From: Gekko japonicus
Lineage: Eukaryota
Length of the DNA stretch: 64,000 nt
NCBI RefSeq assembly: GCF_001447785.1
Contig: NW_015163111.1
Span: 1-64,000, forward strand
Direction of reading: 5' to 3'
Shown here: piece after piece, positions 26,021 to 39,842 of the stretch
Layout: the number at the start of each line of letters is the position of its first letter
Numbering within the stretch: the stretch's first letter is position 1
Made by a program: the position numbers and the translations under genes
The notes under the pieces: model-generated
Seen by the model: only the letters and a program-made list of their open reading frames with translations
The model's database searches: none
What the model was told of the DNA's origin: nothing

Positions 26021-28956
26021 GGCAACCCTAGGCCCTGGCCACCTCCTTATCTGACTTTGCTCCTGTGCTCTTGCTTTCATCAACCTGTGTTAGGGTTGCC
26101 AGGTCCCCACTGGATACCAGCAGGGGGTGGGTTGGGTTGCCAGATCCAAGCTGGGAAACGCCCAGATTTTGGGGGATGGCGTCTGGGGATGACATGGACC
26201 TCAACGAGTTACAATGCTAAAGAGTTCACCTTCCCATGCATACATTTTCTCTAGGAGAACTGATCTCTGTAGTCTGCAGTTGAGCTGTAATTCCAGGGGA
26301 TCCTCAGGTCCCACCTGGAGGCCGGCATCCCTAAGTCTTGTGTCCATTTTAAAGTAAACTCTAGATTTGACATAGGTTAACAGGTACACAACATTGTGGA
26401 GAATTTTCCTTCTGTCTTTTATCTATTGTCAGGTTTCAGACAAATTCTTATTACTTCAGGGTCAGAGGTTTCCTCAGAGAATGGCTGAGTTGATATTTAG
26501 CCTGGTATTAAATCATGTTGAAACAGATATGGGTGGGGGGAAAACAGCCCTTGTTCATTTTCTGGAGTTGCCCTCTGTTCTTCAACTTTTCTTTTCTGAT
26601 GTAACCAAATAGCCTTGCTTTGTCCAGTTTGCAGTTATATACGTTTACATTGTAAAAAAAAGGTAGGCTCGAATCCAGCCATGCTTAAGGAGAAATGCAG
26701 GCTAAAGGTTGAGCTGAGCAAATCTCTAACTGCTGCATGGGAAAGTCATTCATAAGCCAACAACCATTTTAGCTAAGGTAGCTTTCAAAGGTTCTTGTTT
26801 GTGGAATCTGACAGGCAAGTAACTTGAAATACAAGATCTTTTAATAGTGGAGATGCCAATCCCATCTTTCATATAAAATCAAATAACTGGCTTTTACTAC
26901 CTTTCATAATCTGTGATGAGAACTTGTCTTACAGATTCTCTAGCTTAGTGTCTCTATTTATGTCTCACACTCTCCAGAATCCACCCAAAATGAGCAGGTG
27001 AGCATAACAGAACAATAAAAACACATTGAAATATAGCAAAATAACTCTTTAATGAAAGTTAAAACAGGAACAGTAAAACCAGTCATCAGTAATAGCAAGC
27101 AGTGGTATAAAAGTAGATATAAAAGCAAACAACATAAAAGCAAGTAAAAAATAGGAGGAAGAAATCAAATTCAATTAAAAACCTGGGTGTACAAAAGCGT
27201 TTTGACATGGTGTCTAAAAGACAGCAATGTAGGCAACAGGTGGGCTTTGAGGTGGGAGGGAATTCCCTAGGAGTCACCATTGAAAAGACCCCATATCTAG
27301 TCACCACCCAACTCACTTCTGTGGATGGGGGCACCAGGACTATTGCTTGAGATTGGGACAGAACTGGTAAACTAGATAGTGAAGCAGGAGATGATCCTCC
27401 AGGTCATGTTTCATATGAAGCGTAGTAGAATAATCTTTTATTAGCACAGAGCAAGCAATATGTGTTGAATACAAATCTGGTAAAGGCAGAGAAATCATTC
27501 CCCCATATTCTGCAGTATGTGTATTATACATACTATTCTACTACTATTACCTATAATTACCCACCTATTACTTTGGGTCTACATTGGCTAACAAAATCTC
27601 TCTCTCTCTTTTTAAGGAGCAGTTTACCTTTCCAAATAGTAGCCAGGGCCAACTCTGCTTAGTTTCCAATGTCTGACAAGATCAGGCTAGCCTTGGGTTA
27701 TCCAGGTCAGGGCACCCATGTATCTATGTCACTTGATTTCTTAGCATGTGAGTATTCAGCATCCTCATATATGAACTTACTTCAGTGGAAAGCACTGTGC
27801 TTTATTTGATGCAAAGTAGTATGAAGTTCCTCCTGTGGAGTTTGATTTGTAACGATTCATTCACACATGCAGGTCTTCGGTTATCAGGGAACAGATGTGC
27901 ATGTGTGAAACAACTGTTGAATGGAACAAATGGAAGGGGTATTTTATGTGGCTAACAGGCCATCAGAATTTACAACCAGGATTGAAGTTAGTTAATATAC
28001 TGTACAGAAGCGGGGGTACAAGTATAACCTATACTGTTTCTTTCCCCTTTTCTTTAATCACCTCAGGGGTGTGTGTGTGTGTGATGGGGGGGGGAGGATA
28101 AAAAGTCCAGAGAACCCAATAGGGTATAGCTGCTTAGGTGGCATAATAGGGAAGTATTATTGGTGCTCAACAAACCGTAATCCCAAGCATGTTGGAATTA
28201 TATCAAGCTAATGAATGTGAGGATTGGAGAATATGTGTCTGGAAATGACCCTAGTTCAAAAGATCTTATTGTTGGTCATGTTCATCCCTTTATGATATAG
28301 ATGCTGAGGCATCATGCAGTTTATTAACTATTCTGTAGCCCAGTAAGAGCATATGAACAAAATGCCCTGCTTTTTTTTTTAAGACTTTTAAAATCATCAG
28401 GCAGGGTTGTTCTATAAAACACTGGTTTGTTTGTGTCCCTCTAAGCTGAAAGAATGAATGACCCTTAAATCTGGGAAACCTTAATACACCAAAATATTTC
28501 TTTTAAATAAAGAGCCGAATGAATTCTTATGTCCAAGGATTCACTTTTGTAAAAGGAGCTCTGCCGGACAATAGATTTGCCACATGCTAAAATAGGCTAA
28601 CACTCTCTACTTGAAGAGAAGGAAGTTTAATTAAGGAATGGCATTTGCTTGGTCAGACAAATGTATTGGGCCTCAGTGTGTCATCCTTAGTCATATCAAA
28701 TACTGCTTATCTCCATGAGTCATCTTACCAAAATTAACAAAAGCATTGCTCACTTTAAAGAAGAATTTGACTTGGGTGTGTTTGTGTCTGGTTGGGAGAT
28801 AGGATCTAGTTCCTAAGAGTTAAGGTGATCAAATCTAGCATATTGTTTTTGTCTCTGACAAAAGTATTTACAGGCTTTCATTTCTTAGGAATTTTATCTT
28901 CTAATTTCACACATAAGTAGAAGTCTCTTGAAAATGATGTGAATGGCCATCTTGAG

Positions 28957-29143
28957 GGAGGGGCTGTGGCTCAATGGTAGAGCAGCTGTGCGGCATGCAG
29001 AATTCATGGCATCTCCAGTTAAAAGGACCAGGTAGTAGGTGCTTAACCTCTGCTTAAGACCTTGGAGAGCTGCTGCCAGTCTGAGTAGACAATACTGATC
29101 TTGTTGGACAAATGGTTTGATTCAGTATAAGGCAGCTTCATGT
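28957..29143 (+). mobile_element. tRNA-headed SINE; related copies at 33026-33212(-), 46808-46985(-) and 47316-47481(+)
   Basis: A-box-like ggctgtggctcaatggtagagc; shared 3' tcagtataaggcagcttca. Confidence 0.7.
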
Positions 29144-29364
29144 GGATGCTTCTCTTCTCAAGCTGTGGGTCTCCATGTGCTATTCAGAAGCTTTCTAGGA
29201 GAAAGACTCCTTATATCTTTTCATACTTGAACATTCTTGTACTGTTTGTGCCATTTGTGGGGGCACAGAACAGTAAGAATTACTTCAAAATAAACACCCA
29301 GTTATGTATGGTTTAGTGTGTGTGTATACACACAAACGCACAATATACACACATACATACATAC

Positions 29365-30044
29365 TAGCCCAGCCCAGGGAACTGAAGGAAGAGGGGGGGA
29401 AATCACCTTCTTATATTCTGCTTTTGAAATGGCATAAAAGAGGCTTTTGAAAGTTCAAAATAAAATATTTTATTTAACTTGTAGGAGAAAAGGTCTGGTG
29501 GAATCAGGTGTAGGATGTATGAGGTGAATAGATAATAAAACTGAGGTAACTTTGTATTTACACAAACACCAGTTAATTTGTTGCCAACAACTAAATGTTT
29601 CTGCTATTCAACAAGGTCTTTAACAAGGTCTTTAAAACTTTGAGGAGAGGTTTCTTTTCAGTTTCTTCTTAAACACTCAAGCGTAGGTTTCTGAGTTTCA
29701 CTGACACATAAGGTTTAGAAGGCAGGAACATACAACCAAGTTCCCCAAATTCTTCTTTATACACAGACCAGGGATCACTCCTCTTTTCTAGAAGCTATTT
29801 CCCTTTTTAACTGGGTAGGGATCACTTCTCTTTACTAGAAGCTGTTTCCCTTTTTTGGCTTGAACGAGGATCCTCCTTGATTCACTCACTCTCTTAGCCT
29901 CCTTCCCAGCCCACAGTCAGTGCATAACTGTCTCTTCTTCAGCTGTCTTTCCTTAACTGACTCTCTCAACAGAATTCTGTTTGAACAGCCTGTTATTCAA
30001 AGGTTCTCAAACTCTTTTAGGCAGGATCCATTGACGGTCTGTCA
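29365..30044 (-). mobile_element. Probable solo LTR; a related copy at about 1833-3450(+) is interrupted by L2/CR1
   Basis: TGTGACA start on the minus strand, AATAAA, short internal duplications. 29400-29480 (reverse complement) resembles 3350-3435. Confidence 0.45.
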
Positions 30045-30375
30045 CAACAGTATATTTGGGGCTGCTTTGAAAAATCTTTAGAAATATCAACTAGTCCACA
30101 ATATGGTGGTCAGCTTTTAGACAGGGACTTGCCATAGGGATGATATTCCTTTGATAGTTGAAGATCTTCACTGGCTTCCAGTTTACAGTCACAATTTAAG
30201 TTTTGGGTGCTGATCTGGGACCAGAAAGACTAAAGGACTGTCTCTGACCATATGAGTGGGCCCACCAGCTGAAATAATCTTTGGAGGTCCTTCTCCATGT
30301 TCCACAACTGTTATAAGTTAGCCAGGTATCAAGTGGAGTACAAGCTCTTTGTATGTGATATTGTCCAGCCTATAG

Positions 30376-30480
30376 TTTCAGGTGGGCAGCTATGTTGGTC
30401 TGCTATAGAAGAGCTAGATTAGAGTCCAGTAGCACCTTAAAGACCAACTTTTGAGAATCAAAGCTCCCTTTGTCAGATTC
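30376..30480. mobile_element. Penelope-like element terminal fragment; similar piece at about 453-530
   Basis: gagtccagtagcaccttaaagaccaac motif. Confidence 0.45.
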
Positions 30481-31164
30481 ATGAGGGATGTAATTGGCCA
30501 GGCATATTGGGACCGAGCTCAGCTTCCGTGGTGCTGCCAGTGCCTTGGGGGCTTGCTGGGTGGATGATCAGCCCTATGTGCCATGCAAAACTGGTGTGGT
30601 GGGCCACTGTTTGACAAGCACTGTTTGCTTTAGATTGTTGTTCAATTTTTATGTACTATAAGTGGTCCTGGGTGCCCCTATGGTGGCAGAAAAACAGGGC
30701 ATAAATTTTTCAAATGAATGAATGAATAATAAATACGATACACCAGATGGTGGCGCGTATTCATTAGCAATCCCAATTTGTTGTTTGAAATGCTGATCTG
30801 TCCTAAGGTCTGCTGAAGTTTCTCCGGTCCAGAACTGCTCTGGTGTAAGATTTCAGACTTGGATTACTTACTTGTGAGTTGTTCTATGGAGAGAGGAAGG
30901 GCGTCATTCAGCCTGAAACCTCTCACACTCTGTGATTCAGCACCATCCCCTTATCAAAACTAGAGCCACTGCCTGGGAACAAAATGTATCAGGCTCTTTC
31001 AGGACAGTTAGTAGACTGACTTCTTTTCAGGCTGATCTGGTCTAATTTATTACAGCAAGAGCCAGTAAAACAGTACGATTCTGATATAAGAGAGATTAAA
31101 ACAGTAATAACATAGCAATAGTATAAAAACATTAACAAGAGAAAATTAATAAAATTAGTAAAAT

Positions 31165-31500
31165 AAAATAATAATAATAATAATAATAATAATAGAATCA
31201 CACAATTTTTTTCAGCTAAAATAAGTTTACGTTTCCTAATAGCTAAGAAACAAAATTTTGCCACAGCATAAGTCGCTGAACTCTGAATGTCTTCTAGGAT
31301 GAATTTACAAAGGACTTCTGGCCTAAAATCAAGATAAGACTGCAGAGGGCTAAATCTAGCTAGAAGGGGTAGTATAATATGATCTCGTCCTTCCTGATAG
31401 AATTTGCAGAACAGTAGGACATGAGTAACTGACTCCACCATATTAGCCATGTATGGGCATATATGTTCATGCATTGGAACTCGAGTGAATTTGCCTTGCA
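31165..31500 (-). mobile_element. LINE 3' end (RTE-X/Tx1-like) with (ATT)n tail
   Basis: ICP...ESVTHVLLFCKFY resembles the C-terminal Cys/His knuckle; followed by an ATT microsatellite. Clade assignment is uncertain. Confidence 0.6.
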
Positions 31501-31561
31501 GTACAGCGGAAGGGAGTGCCTCAAAATAGGCTCTGGAAAAGGCCCATCTATAGGGCTCATA

Positions 31562-31913
31562 AAAAGTTAAAGGTAAAGGTTTCCCTTGCTCGAAAGCTAG
31601 TTGAATCCGACTCTAAGGGGCAGTGCTCATCTCCGTTTCCAAGCCAAAGAGTCAGCGCTGTCCGAAGACATTTCCATGGTCATGTGGCTGGCATGACTAA
31701 ACACCAAGGTGCATGGAATGCTGTTAATTTCCCACTGCAGTGGTACATATTTATCTACTTGCAATTTCTTGCTTTCGAACTGCTAGGTTGGCAGGAGCTG
31801 GAGTCAGAGACGGGAGCTCACTCCATCACGTGGCACTAGGGTCTTGAACTGCCAAACTATAGACATTCCAGTCCGCAGCTCAGTGTCTTAACCTCTGAGC
31901 CACCATGGCCCCT
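31562..31913 (-). mobile_element. Sauria SINE
   Basis: Homologous to the 8016 copy; 13-bp TSD tatagggctcata. Confidence 0.9.
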
Positions 31914-32778
31914 TATAGGGCTCATAGGTAATGTTAAATAAATAAGGGACAGCGGTAAAATTAGGCAACATTAATGGGGAACTGATACTGACTTTATTGA
32001 GGCACTCTTCTTCACATCATCAGACCTAGAAGTGAAGCACTAAACAGCCAATAGGGCAAAAAAGTCCTAAAACAAGAATTAGGCATTATGGCCTGTGCTC
32101 TAAATCCTAGACCATGTTTGTACTCTTATCTCAGTAAGCTCCTTGATGGTCCTAAATGTTTTGACCTACTGATGTGGTGAGTGGCTGGATTGTCATAATT
32201 TGCCAGGTGTTTAAAAGTGGCATCTGACTATCTTTCCTAATCCCACATCTCCTAATCTCCTATTAACCATCTGTGGCAAAGAAAAGCCTTTGTTTATTTG
32301 TCAAAATACTTATGCTCCCTCTTTCCCATTGTCTGTGACGGCTGAGAGCCTCTTGGAGTGGTAACATAGCCAAAATTTGCCTGAGTTTGGTCCAGAGACA
32401 CAAAAATATATAGAACAAAAATTATTGAATAGAATCTCAAAGAAATTGTAAAAAAAAACAACAAACCAAGGAATGCAGTTCAGCAAGGAAAAATGTACAG
32501 AAAACAATAAAACTAACTTTCTAACTACTCACATTAACCCTGTTTAGTTTTGATGTTCCTCAAGGATTGATGTCTCCAGAGTATAATATGAGCAGAATCA
32601 CCAACAGCATGGACAAATGATGAAAAAGATAGGAAGATAACTACATTTCTACATAGCTACTCTTATGGGAAACACCAGCCATAGCCTGGTGACCCCCATC
32701 AACCAATCATTAGGCTGTCTCCAAGGCATTTTCCAGAGTTAGCGCCACTAACAGCCCCCAACAAGGTTTCTCAGCTGC

Positions 32779-32841
<63 letters not shown>

Positions 32842-32864
32842 AGGAAAGAAAGAAAGAAAGAAAG
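32779..32864. repeat. (GAAA)n microsatellite
   Basis: Directly visible. Confidence 0.97.
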
Positions 32865-33239
32865 CTAGCTCATAGCAGGAGAATCCTCTCTAAAAGGGAC
32901 ACCTACTTGACACCATCTGAGGGTGGATCAAGGTGGCTTATCAATGTGGGTGTCAAGTCTACTGTACAAACTCATTAAAACCTTTTTAAACAAAAAAGTG
33001 GCCCTAGATATACATATACCCAAAACGTGAAGCTGCCTTATACTGACTCAGACCATTATCCATCAAGGTCAGTATTGTCTACTTAGACTGACAGCGGCTT
33101 GCCAGGGGCCCACATAGAGGTCTTTCACATCACGTTCCATCCGATCCTTTTAGCTGGGGATTGAACCTGGGACGTTCTGCATACCATGTGGGTGCTCTGC
33201 CACAGTCTCCCCCATAGGTCCGTTTGCACAGCAAGCTGT

Positions 33240-33700
33240 CAACTGGGCAAATTTTGTGACATTTCAGTTCAATTGCCTTTAAAGTCCTCATTAAACAAGA
33301 AGACGGTATAATTTCTCTAAAATAGTATCAAAGTGGGAACTCTCCTGTAGGAGGCTGTGCCTTGGCCTAGGAGGGACATGCTTGAGCTATGGCAGATGTA
33401 ATGACATTCAAGAGAAAGCCCTGGAAAGATTTGATCCAGGAGCACACAGGTAACCAATGTAGATGGCGCAATATTGAACTAATGTTGTCATAACTCCAAG
33501 CTGTACTCACTAAACAAGCAGCTGCATTTTGTACCAATTGAACCTTCTGGATTATCTTCAGGGTCAGCACCATGTAGAACATAGTGCAGTAGTCCAGCTT
33601 TTAATGGATCAGTGTAACTAGCGTAGCAGAATCTAGGAAAGGAGTGCTTTCCGTACTAAGTGTAGCTGGAAGAAAGCATTTCTTGCAACTGCATTCTGCA
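33240..33700 (-). mobile_element. L2 fragment
   Basis: QKVQLVQNAAACLV...LRHLHWLPV. Confidence 0.8.
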
Positions 33701-34567
33701 TATAACCAGTTTCTCATTTTATTATTTCACTTGTTCTAGGGTTGATTCCTCACATTAAAATTCCTCACAAAAAATTATATCCTGTTTCTTTCAGACTATT
33801 ACATTATAGCTGTGAGCATCTTTTGAAACACAATCTATTCTAAAATATGGAACTTAATATGAGCATACAGGGATTCTTGGCCATAGGCATGCTTTTATGT
33901 TAGGCAGACTGAATGTCCTGTCAGTGGCAGAACTCAGGAGGCGCTTCACCAAAACGCCATAGTCTGACCACTGCTGCTGCTGTGCATCTGAAGTAACAGA
34001 GACCATAGATCATCACCCGATCTTATTCTGTGATAGATGGACATTACTCAAGAGACCTCTAGATTACACCTATCCTGAGTAAATATCAGCTGCCTGTTGA
34101 ATCTTATGTGATCTCTTTTTTGCTGGCAGGGACAAGTCAAGAAATAATGTGTTCTGTTGCCAAATTTATTTTGGTTTCTCTATGTTATTTTAGAGATGGG
34201 TTTTAATTCACAATGTTGTATTTTAATGTTTACTGTTCTGTGTTTTATCTTGTATTTGTTTTGACTTTGCTCAAGGCCTTTGGTTGGTGTGTGTGTGTGT
34301 GTGTGTTAAGTGCCATTAAGTTGCTTTTGATTTATGGTGACCCTATGAATGAATGTCCTCAAAAACATTTGGTCAGAGGATAGGGATGCTAGCCTCCAGG
34401 TGGGACCCAAGGATCCCCCAAAATTACAGCTCATTGTTAGACTACAGAGTTCAGTTCTCCTGGAGAAAATGGATGGTTTGGAGGGTGGACTCTATGGCAC
34501 TGTACCCCACTGAGGTCCCTGTCCTCCCCGCACTCTGTCCCCAAATCTACAGGAGTTTCCCAACTTG

Positions 34568-35411
34568 GATGGGGTACGAACTGACAGAGACTGACCAAGA
34601 GAGAGACCTAGGAGTCGTAGTAGATAACTCACTGAAAATGTCCAGACAGTGTGTGATTGCAATAAAAAAGGCCAATGCTATTGTGGGTATTATTAGGAAG
34701 GGAACTGAACACAAATCAGACAGTATCATAAAGCCCCTGTATAAATTGATGGTGCGAGCTCATTTGGAATACTGTGTGCAATTCTGGTCACCACATCTCA
34801 GAAATGATATTATAGCATTGGGAAAAGTGCAGAAAAGAGCAACTAGAAGGATCAAAGGGTTGGAACACTATGAAGGAAGGCTAAAGTGCTTGGGGCTCTT
34901 TAGCTTGGAGAAATGACAACTGAGGGTTGACATGATTGAGGTTTACAGGATTATGCATGGGACAGAGCAGATAGAGAAAGAAGTACTTTTCTCCATTTCT
35001 CACAGTACAAGAACTCATGGGCACTCCATGAAATTGCTGAACAGTCAGATTAGAATGGATAAAAGGAAGTACTTCGTCACCCATAGAGAGATTAACATAT
35101 GGAATTCACTGCCACAGGAGGTGGTGGTGACTACAAGCATGGACAGCTTCAAGAGGGAATTAGATAAACATATGGAGCAGAGGTCCATCCATGGCTATTA
35201 GCCACAAGATATAGATGGGAACTCTTGGTTTGGGGCAAGTGATGCTCTGTATTCTTGGTGCTGTGGGGGGGCAGTGGGAGGGCTTCTAGTGTCTTGGCCC
35301 CACTGGTGGACCTCCTGATGGCACCTGGTATTTTTGGCCACTGTGTGACAGAGTGTTGGACTGGATGGGCCTTTTGCTTGATCCAACATTAGCTTCTCTT
35401 ATGTTCTTATG
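34568..35411 (+). mobile_element. CR1 LINE 3' fragment (same family), inserted in a TAGGG-ended MITE
   Basis: ORFs 34353-34916 and 34932-35201 match the C-terminus of the 730-aa RT, interrupted by a stop and a deletion. Ends ttcttatgttcttatg. The host MITE spans 34381-35428. Confidence 0.93.
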
Positions 35412-38234
35412 TTTGATCTGGCAAACCTACCCCACACCCACCCCAAGTGGTGGCCAGTAGGGACCTACCAACCCTATCAGAGGAGTATAATAATAAAAGG
35501 AAAGTACACACAGGAATACCATACCAAAGTTTGGCCCTGAATCTCTGTACCAATTATGTATCTTCTTTTCGTAGTGAAAGTGTATATCACCATGAATGTA
35601 CATTCAAAGGAAGTGAGGGCCATAGTACCATAAACGTTGGGGAGTATGTGTGGGTATTTCCTATATGTGTTTCCATGGTAACATGAAGTTCAAGAAATGA
35701 GTATCACTTCATTGTGTTCAAGTTTTCCTGTCCACTTTCCAAGAATGTTTATGTAGGATGGGAGACAGGAGTTGGGTTAAAGAGGCTCATCCATCATCTT
35801 TACACAGACCCCAAGTTACCAGATGGTTACACCGTGGCTACATGGATCCGATGTAAACCAAACCATAGACAACAAAGATAAAGGAACGTATTGATCAGTG
35901 CAGGTGCAGAATACAGTTAGTTCTCTTCTTAGACAGGCACTGAATTTATTATACAATTATTGCTACTTTAACAACAAAAACAGAACAATAGTTGTCAATG
36001 ATGCCCATTTTTTAATCAAACAGATTTAATAGGATGGCTACTTAAAAGAACTCTAAAAGACATGGATTTGAAGCCAAACCAAGGTGGTCTTGAAATCTGG
36101 TGCCATCCCAAGGGAAAGGCATAGAGATATATTTGTTTGCCCCTGGGGCTTCTCATGTTTGCAACTAATTAGAAATAGATTGCAAATATTTTTGAGCATA
36201 GCTGAAGAATCAAAGGCACACAAGTGACCAGTGCACAACAGCTGTCATTGCTATAATTGAATTAGTGTTCCACGGTGTTGTTCCAGGCCCACGGCTCTGT
36301 GCGGCATTAGAGACTGTGTGAATGAGTATTGTATTTCTGTCACTTGTGACATATTACATCAAAAGTGCTTTCTCTGAGTTACCGCTCACATCCGTTTCCT
36401 GCCCTAGTGGCAGAGGCTTCAGAACGACAACAAAAGAGGTTCGTGTTCAGGGACAATGAGTGTTTTATTCTCAGCCAGATCCTTTTATTTGAGGTAGACC
36501 CACCTTAGGAAGGACCAGTGGCATGAGTCTTGGAAGCATCATCGTCCCATGAACAATGAGGGGGTTTCAGATAGAAAGGGGCTCATGCTGGAATCTGCAC
36601 AGAGGTCTGAGGATTACTGATTTCCACACCTACTGAACTGATTAAGGACAAGCAGGGGCACTGTGAGCCTTTATGTTTTCTGGGCAATTTGTTCCATTAC
36701 ATAAATAAGTAATATCTGGCTTGCACAGATATTATACCAAGTGTGTGTGTAGAGACTGAAACAACTTCTCAAGCCTCTTCTGGGAGAAGCATTTAAATGC
36801 ATTTATTTTGAAGTATTCCTAAATCTATCTTTCTCCCAGCGTAGCTGATTTCATTTGCCTCGTGAGTCTTCCCTGTTTGTTGTGCTTCAGTGAAATAGGT
36901 GGTCAGCAGCAAGTGCCACATCTCAGAAATGCAGTTAAAGGGGAATTTAAATTACATAGCTCTACGTGGTATTTTTACCTGAACCAGATGATCAGCCATA
37001 CAGTTTTGAGACCACGGCCCTTATTAAATTTTGGCTGTATTTCACCCACCGCTAGAACAGTATGTACTTGTAAATAAGATGAGTACCATTGGAAAAACAA
37101 GGAACCTCCATGTCCAGAGGCAGTATACCTCTGCTGAGGGCAAGAGGAGGGCAGGGGAGGCTTTGGCCTCGATCATCCAGTTGGAGTCCCTAACTCTATC
37201 CACTACAATTGTTCTAAACCTGAAAAGAAGAAGAAATAATATTTTGTTTAGGTCTCTTGTGCCTTTCTCAAGGTGAACTTTGGTTGGTTCCAAACTACCC
37301 ATTTTGTGCAGTGGCAGAAGTCCTGTTGGCAGATGACAAGACACACTGCTCCTTGCCCTTTTGGATTTACCCCCCCCCCGGAACACTTGGACTTTCTAAC
37401 TGGTGCTGGTCCCCCTGGTTCAGCCTACAGGATCTCTAGTTATAAATCTCTATCATGCTTTTCCTTTCTGTCTGTCTGTCTTCTCACTTCCCAGCCTGAG
37501 TGATGTAGTATGCTTACAGTTTGAGCATTTGAAATAACTTGCCGTTCAGTGGGTACTCAATGGGTTCTGAGCCTTGACAACTTGGCATTATTTGACTTAC
37601 CATTTGCTGTCCCCTCTGCCTAGGTATTTGTGTCATCCCCCTCAATAAACCATTCTATCCAGTGTTCCTTCCAGATTTGGAATGGACCATCCCCTATCCG
37701 TAGGTCCCTGATTACTTGTCTGAGATTTAAAACTCAACTAGCAGCTCCTCGTCAAGGAAAGGAGGGGGTAGCAGATGGAAGATTGTTTCCTTACTTTGTG
37801 CCATTTGGCACATTGGAGAGTGGGCCGTAGTTACATGGTGTGTTCTGACCCATTACAAAAACACCACCACTGCCAAATCTGAACAAAACTGATAAACAGT
37901 AAGAGACTATGCCCAGAGGAATCTGCAATCTCTCTTTCAGGCTAGGGCTGCCAACTTCCAGGCGGGGCCCAGAGTTCTTCCAGAACTACAGCTGCTCTCC
38001 AGACTACAGAGATCAGTTTCCCTGGAGAATATGGCAACTTTGGAGCACAGACTCTATGGTACACGATAGATTCTAGGTGAAATCCCCCCCCAAAGTCCCC
38101 TCCCCAAGCAACACCCCAGATGCCCAGAATTTCCTAGGCCAGAGTTGGTAACCCTGTTTAAAACTGCTGAAAAGAGATGGTGTTATTAGGAAAACTCCCT
38201 TTAAGTAGTTGCCAGTTGAACCCATACATGTAAC

Positions 38235-38615
38235 CAGGGGTCATTTCGTAGAAAAAGAGGTGCAGGAGCTCGTTAGCGTAACTCATTAGCATAACTTATT
38301 TGCATATGCCACACCCCCTGACGTCACCGGAAGTGTGTCAGAAGGGAACACCCACTGCTCAGGCTCCATTGGACTGTTTTGGATTGCTAACTGTTGGGGG
38401 GAACACGCAGATCTGTCCTCGCAGAGGAGGGAGAGCTTGTACCTGAAGGCGGGCCTGGGGGGGGGGCTCTGCAATTTACTGGCTGCTTCTTGCTCCTCGT
38501 GGCCCAACTGAGGGCTGCTGGGAGCAGGGGGCGGGGCTTGTGGCATGTGCCTGCCCCCTGGGCTCCTTACTGCCGGAGCTCCGCTCCTGTGCGCTCCCTC
38601 AGGAAATGACCCCTG
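38235..38615. mobile_element. hAT non-autonomous element
   Basis: TIR caggggtcattt / aaatgacccctg; perfect 8-bp TSD catgtaac. Confidence 0.92.
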
Positions 38616-38664
38616 CATGTAACCTGTCACTAGATTTGTCTGCTGTATCAGAAGACTGGAGAGT

Positions 38665-39352
38665 AGCAAATGTTATGCCAATTTTTTAAAAGAGGTTCAG
38701 GGGGGAACCAAAAAATTACAGGCCAGTCAGCCTAACTTCTGTCCCAGACAAATTAGTAGAAACTATAATCAAATACAGAATTCTTAGGGACACAGAGGGA
38801 AGATCAGCATGGCTTTTGCAAAGGGAAGGCCTGCCTCACTAACCTTTTGAAGTTCTTTGAGAAAGTGAATGAGTATGTAGATAATGGTGATCCAGGAGAC
38901 ATGATATCAAAAGGCTGTCAAAAGGCTTTTGATAAGGTACGTCACCAAAGACCCATGAGTAAACTTAGCACTCATGGGATAAGAGAATTATCCCATGTAC
39001 TGTCCAGACTTGCAGAGGACACACAATTACCAAGGATGACCGTGAAGAGCTCCACTAGGATCTCTGCCCATGAGTAAACTTAGCAGTCATGGGATAAGAG
39101 AATTATCCCATGTACTGTCCAGGCTTGCAGAGGACACACAATTACTCAGAATGGTGAAAACCAAGGATGACCGTGAAGAACTCCACAAGGATCTCCGTAA
39201 ATTAGGTGAATGAGCAACAATGTGGCAGATGTTGCAAAATGAAAGGTGATGCACATTGGAACAAAAAAATCCCAGTTCTAAGATGTAGGCTAATGGGGTC
39301 TGAACTTGCTGAGGCTGAAAAGATCTTCGGGTTGTAGTAGATAGCTCAATGA
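38665..39352 (+). mobile_element. Older, deleted CR1 RT fragment with internal duplication
   Basis: Degenerate NYRPVSLTS, GFCKGKACLTNL and QKAFDKV. About 80 bp at 38952 is repeated at 39067. Confidence 0.85.
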
Positions 39353-39842
39353 AATCCTAAATTCATCTTATACTTTCCATTCTTTTGATCTTTATAAAAA
39401 GTCAGTAACATTTTCCTGTCAGATGGTGACTCTCTTCTCCATCATCTGACCAGCTGTAACAATACAAAGATGGCCCAATATTACCAATTTCTTAAATTGC
39501 TCTGGATTTTGCCTAGTTGGCTCTCCACGGGCCTGCCAGCTGCAAAAGTTGAAATGTCTCTTTGGAAAACATCAGTCAAACAACATCTATATAGCACAAC
39601 ATATAGTACTATGTGCCACATAAGCACTGGAGATGGTACAGAAGCCTGGGGATATTTTTCTAAAATGGGATATGAAGAAGGTCATCCATTTCAGCTGCTC
39701 AGGCAAAAAAAGAAGAAGAAGATGACAAACGCCCACCCTCATCTCTTCTGCTTTTCTGTGTGGATGTTTGCAAAACATATCCAACTTTCTTTTTGTTCTC
39801 TACAGTAAGACGTTGCACTGCAGATTTCAGAGGGAGTCATAG

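Noticed and set aside
28957-29030. tRNA gene
   Set aside because: Only the A-box region is tRNA-like; no complete cloverleaf, and it continues into a SINE body.
30738-30758. CTCF-like motif caccagatggtggcg (also ccctagtggc at about 36402)
   Set aside because: Imperfect matches that cannot be supported without a PWM scan or ChIP data.
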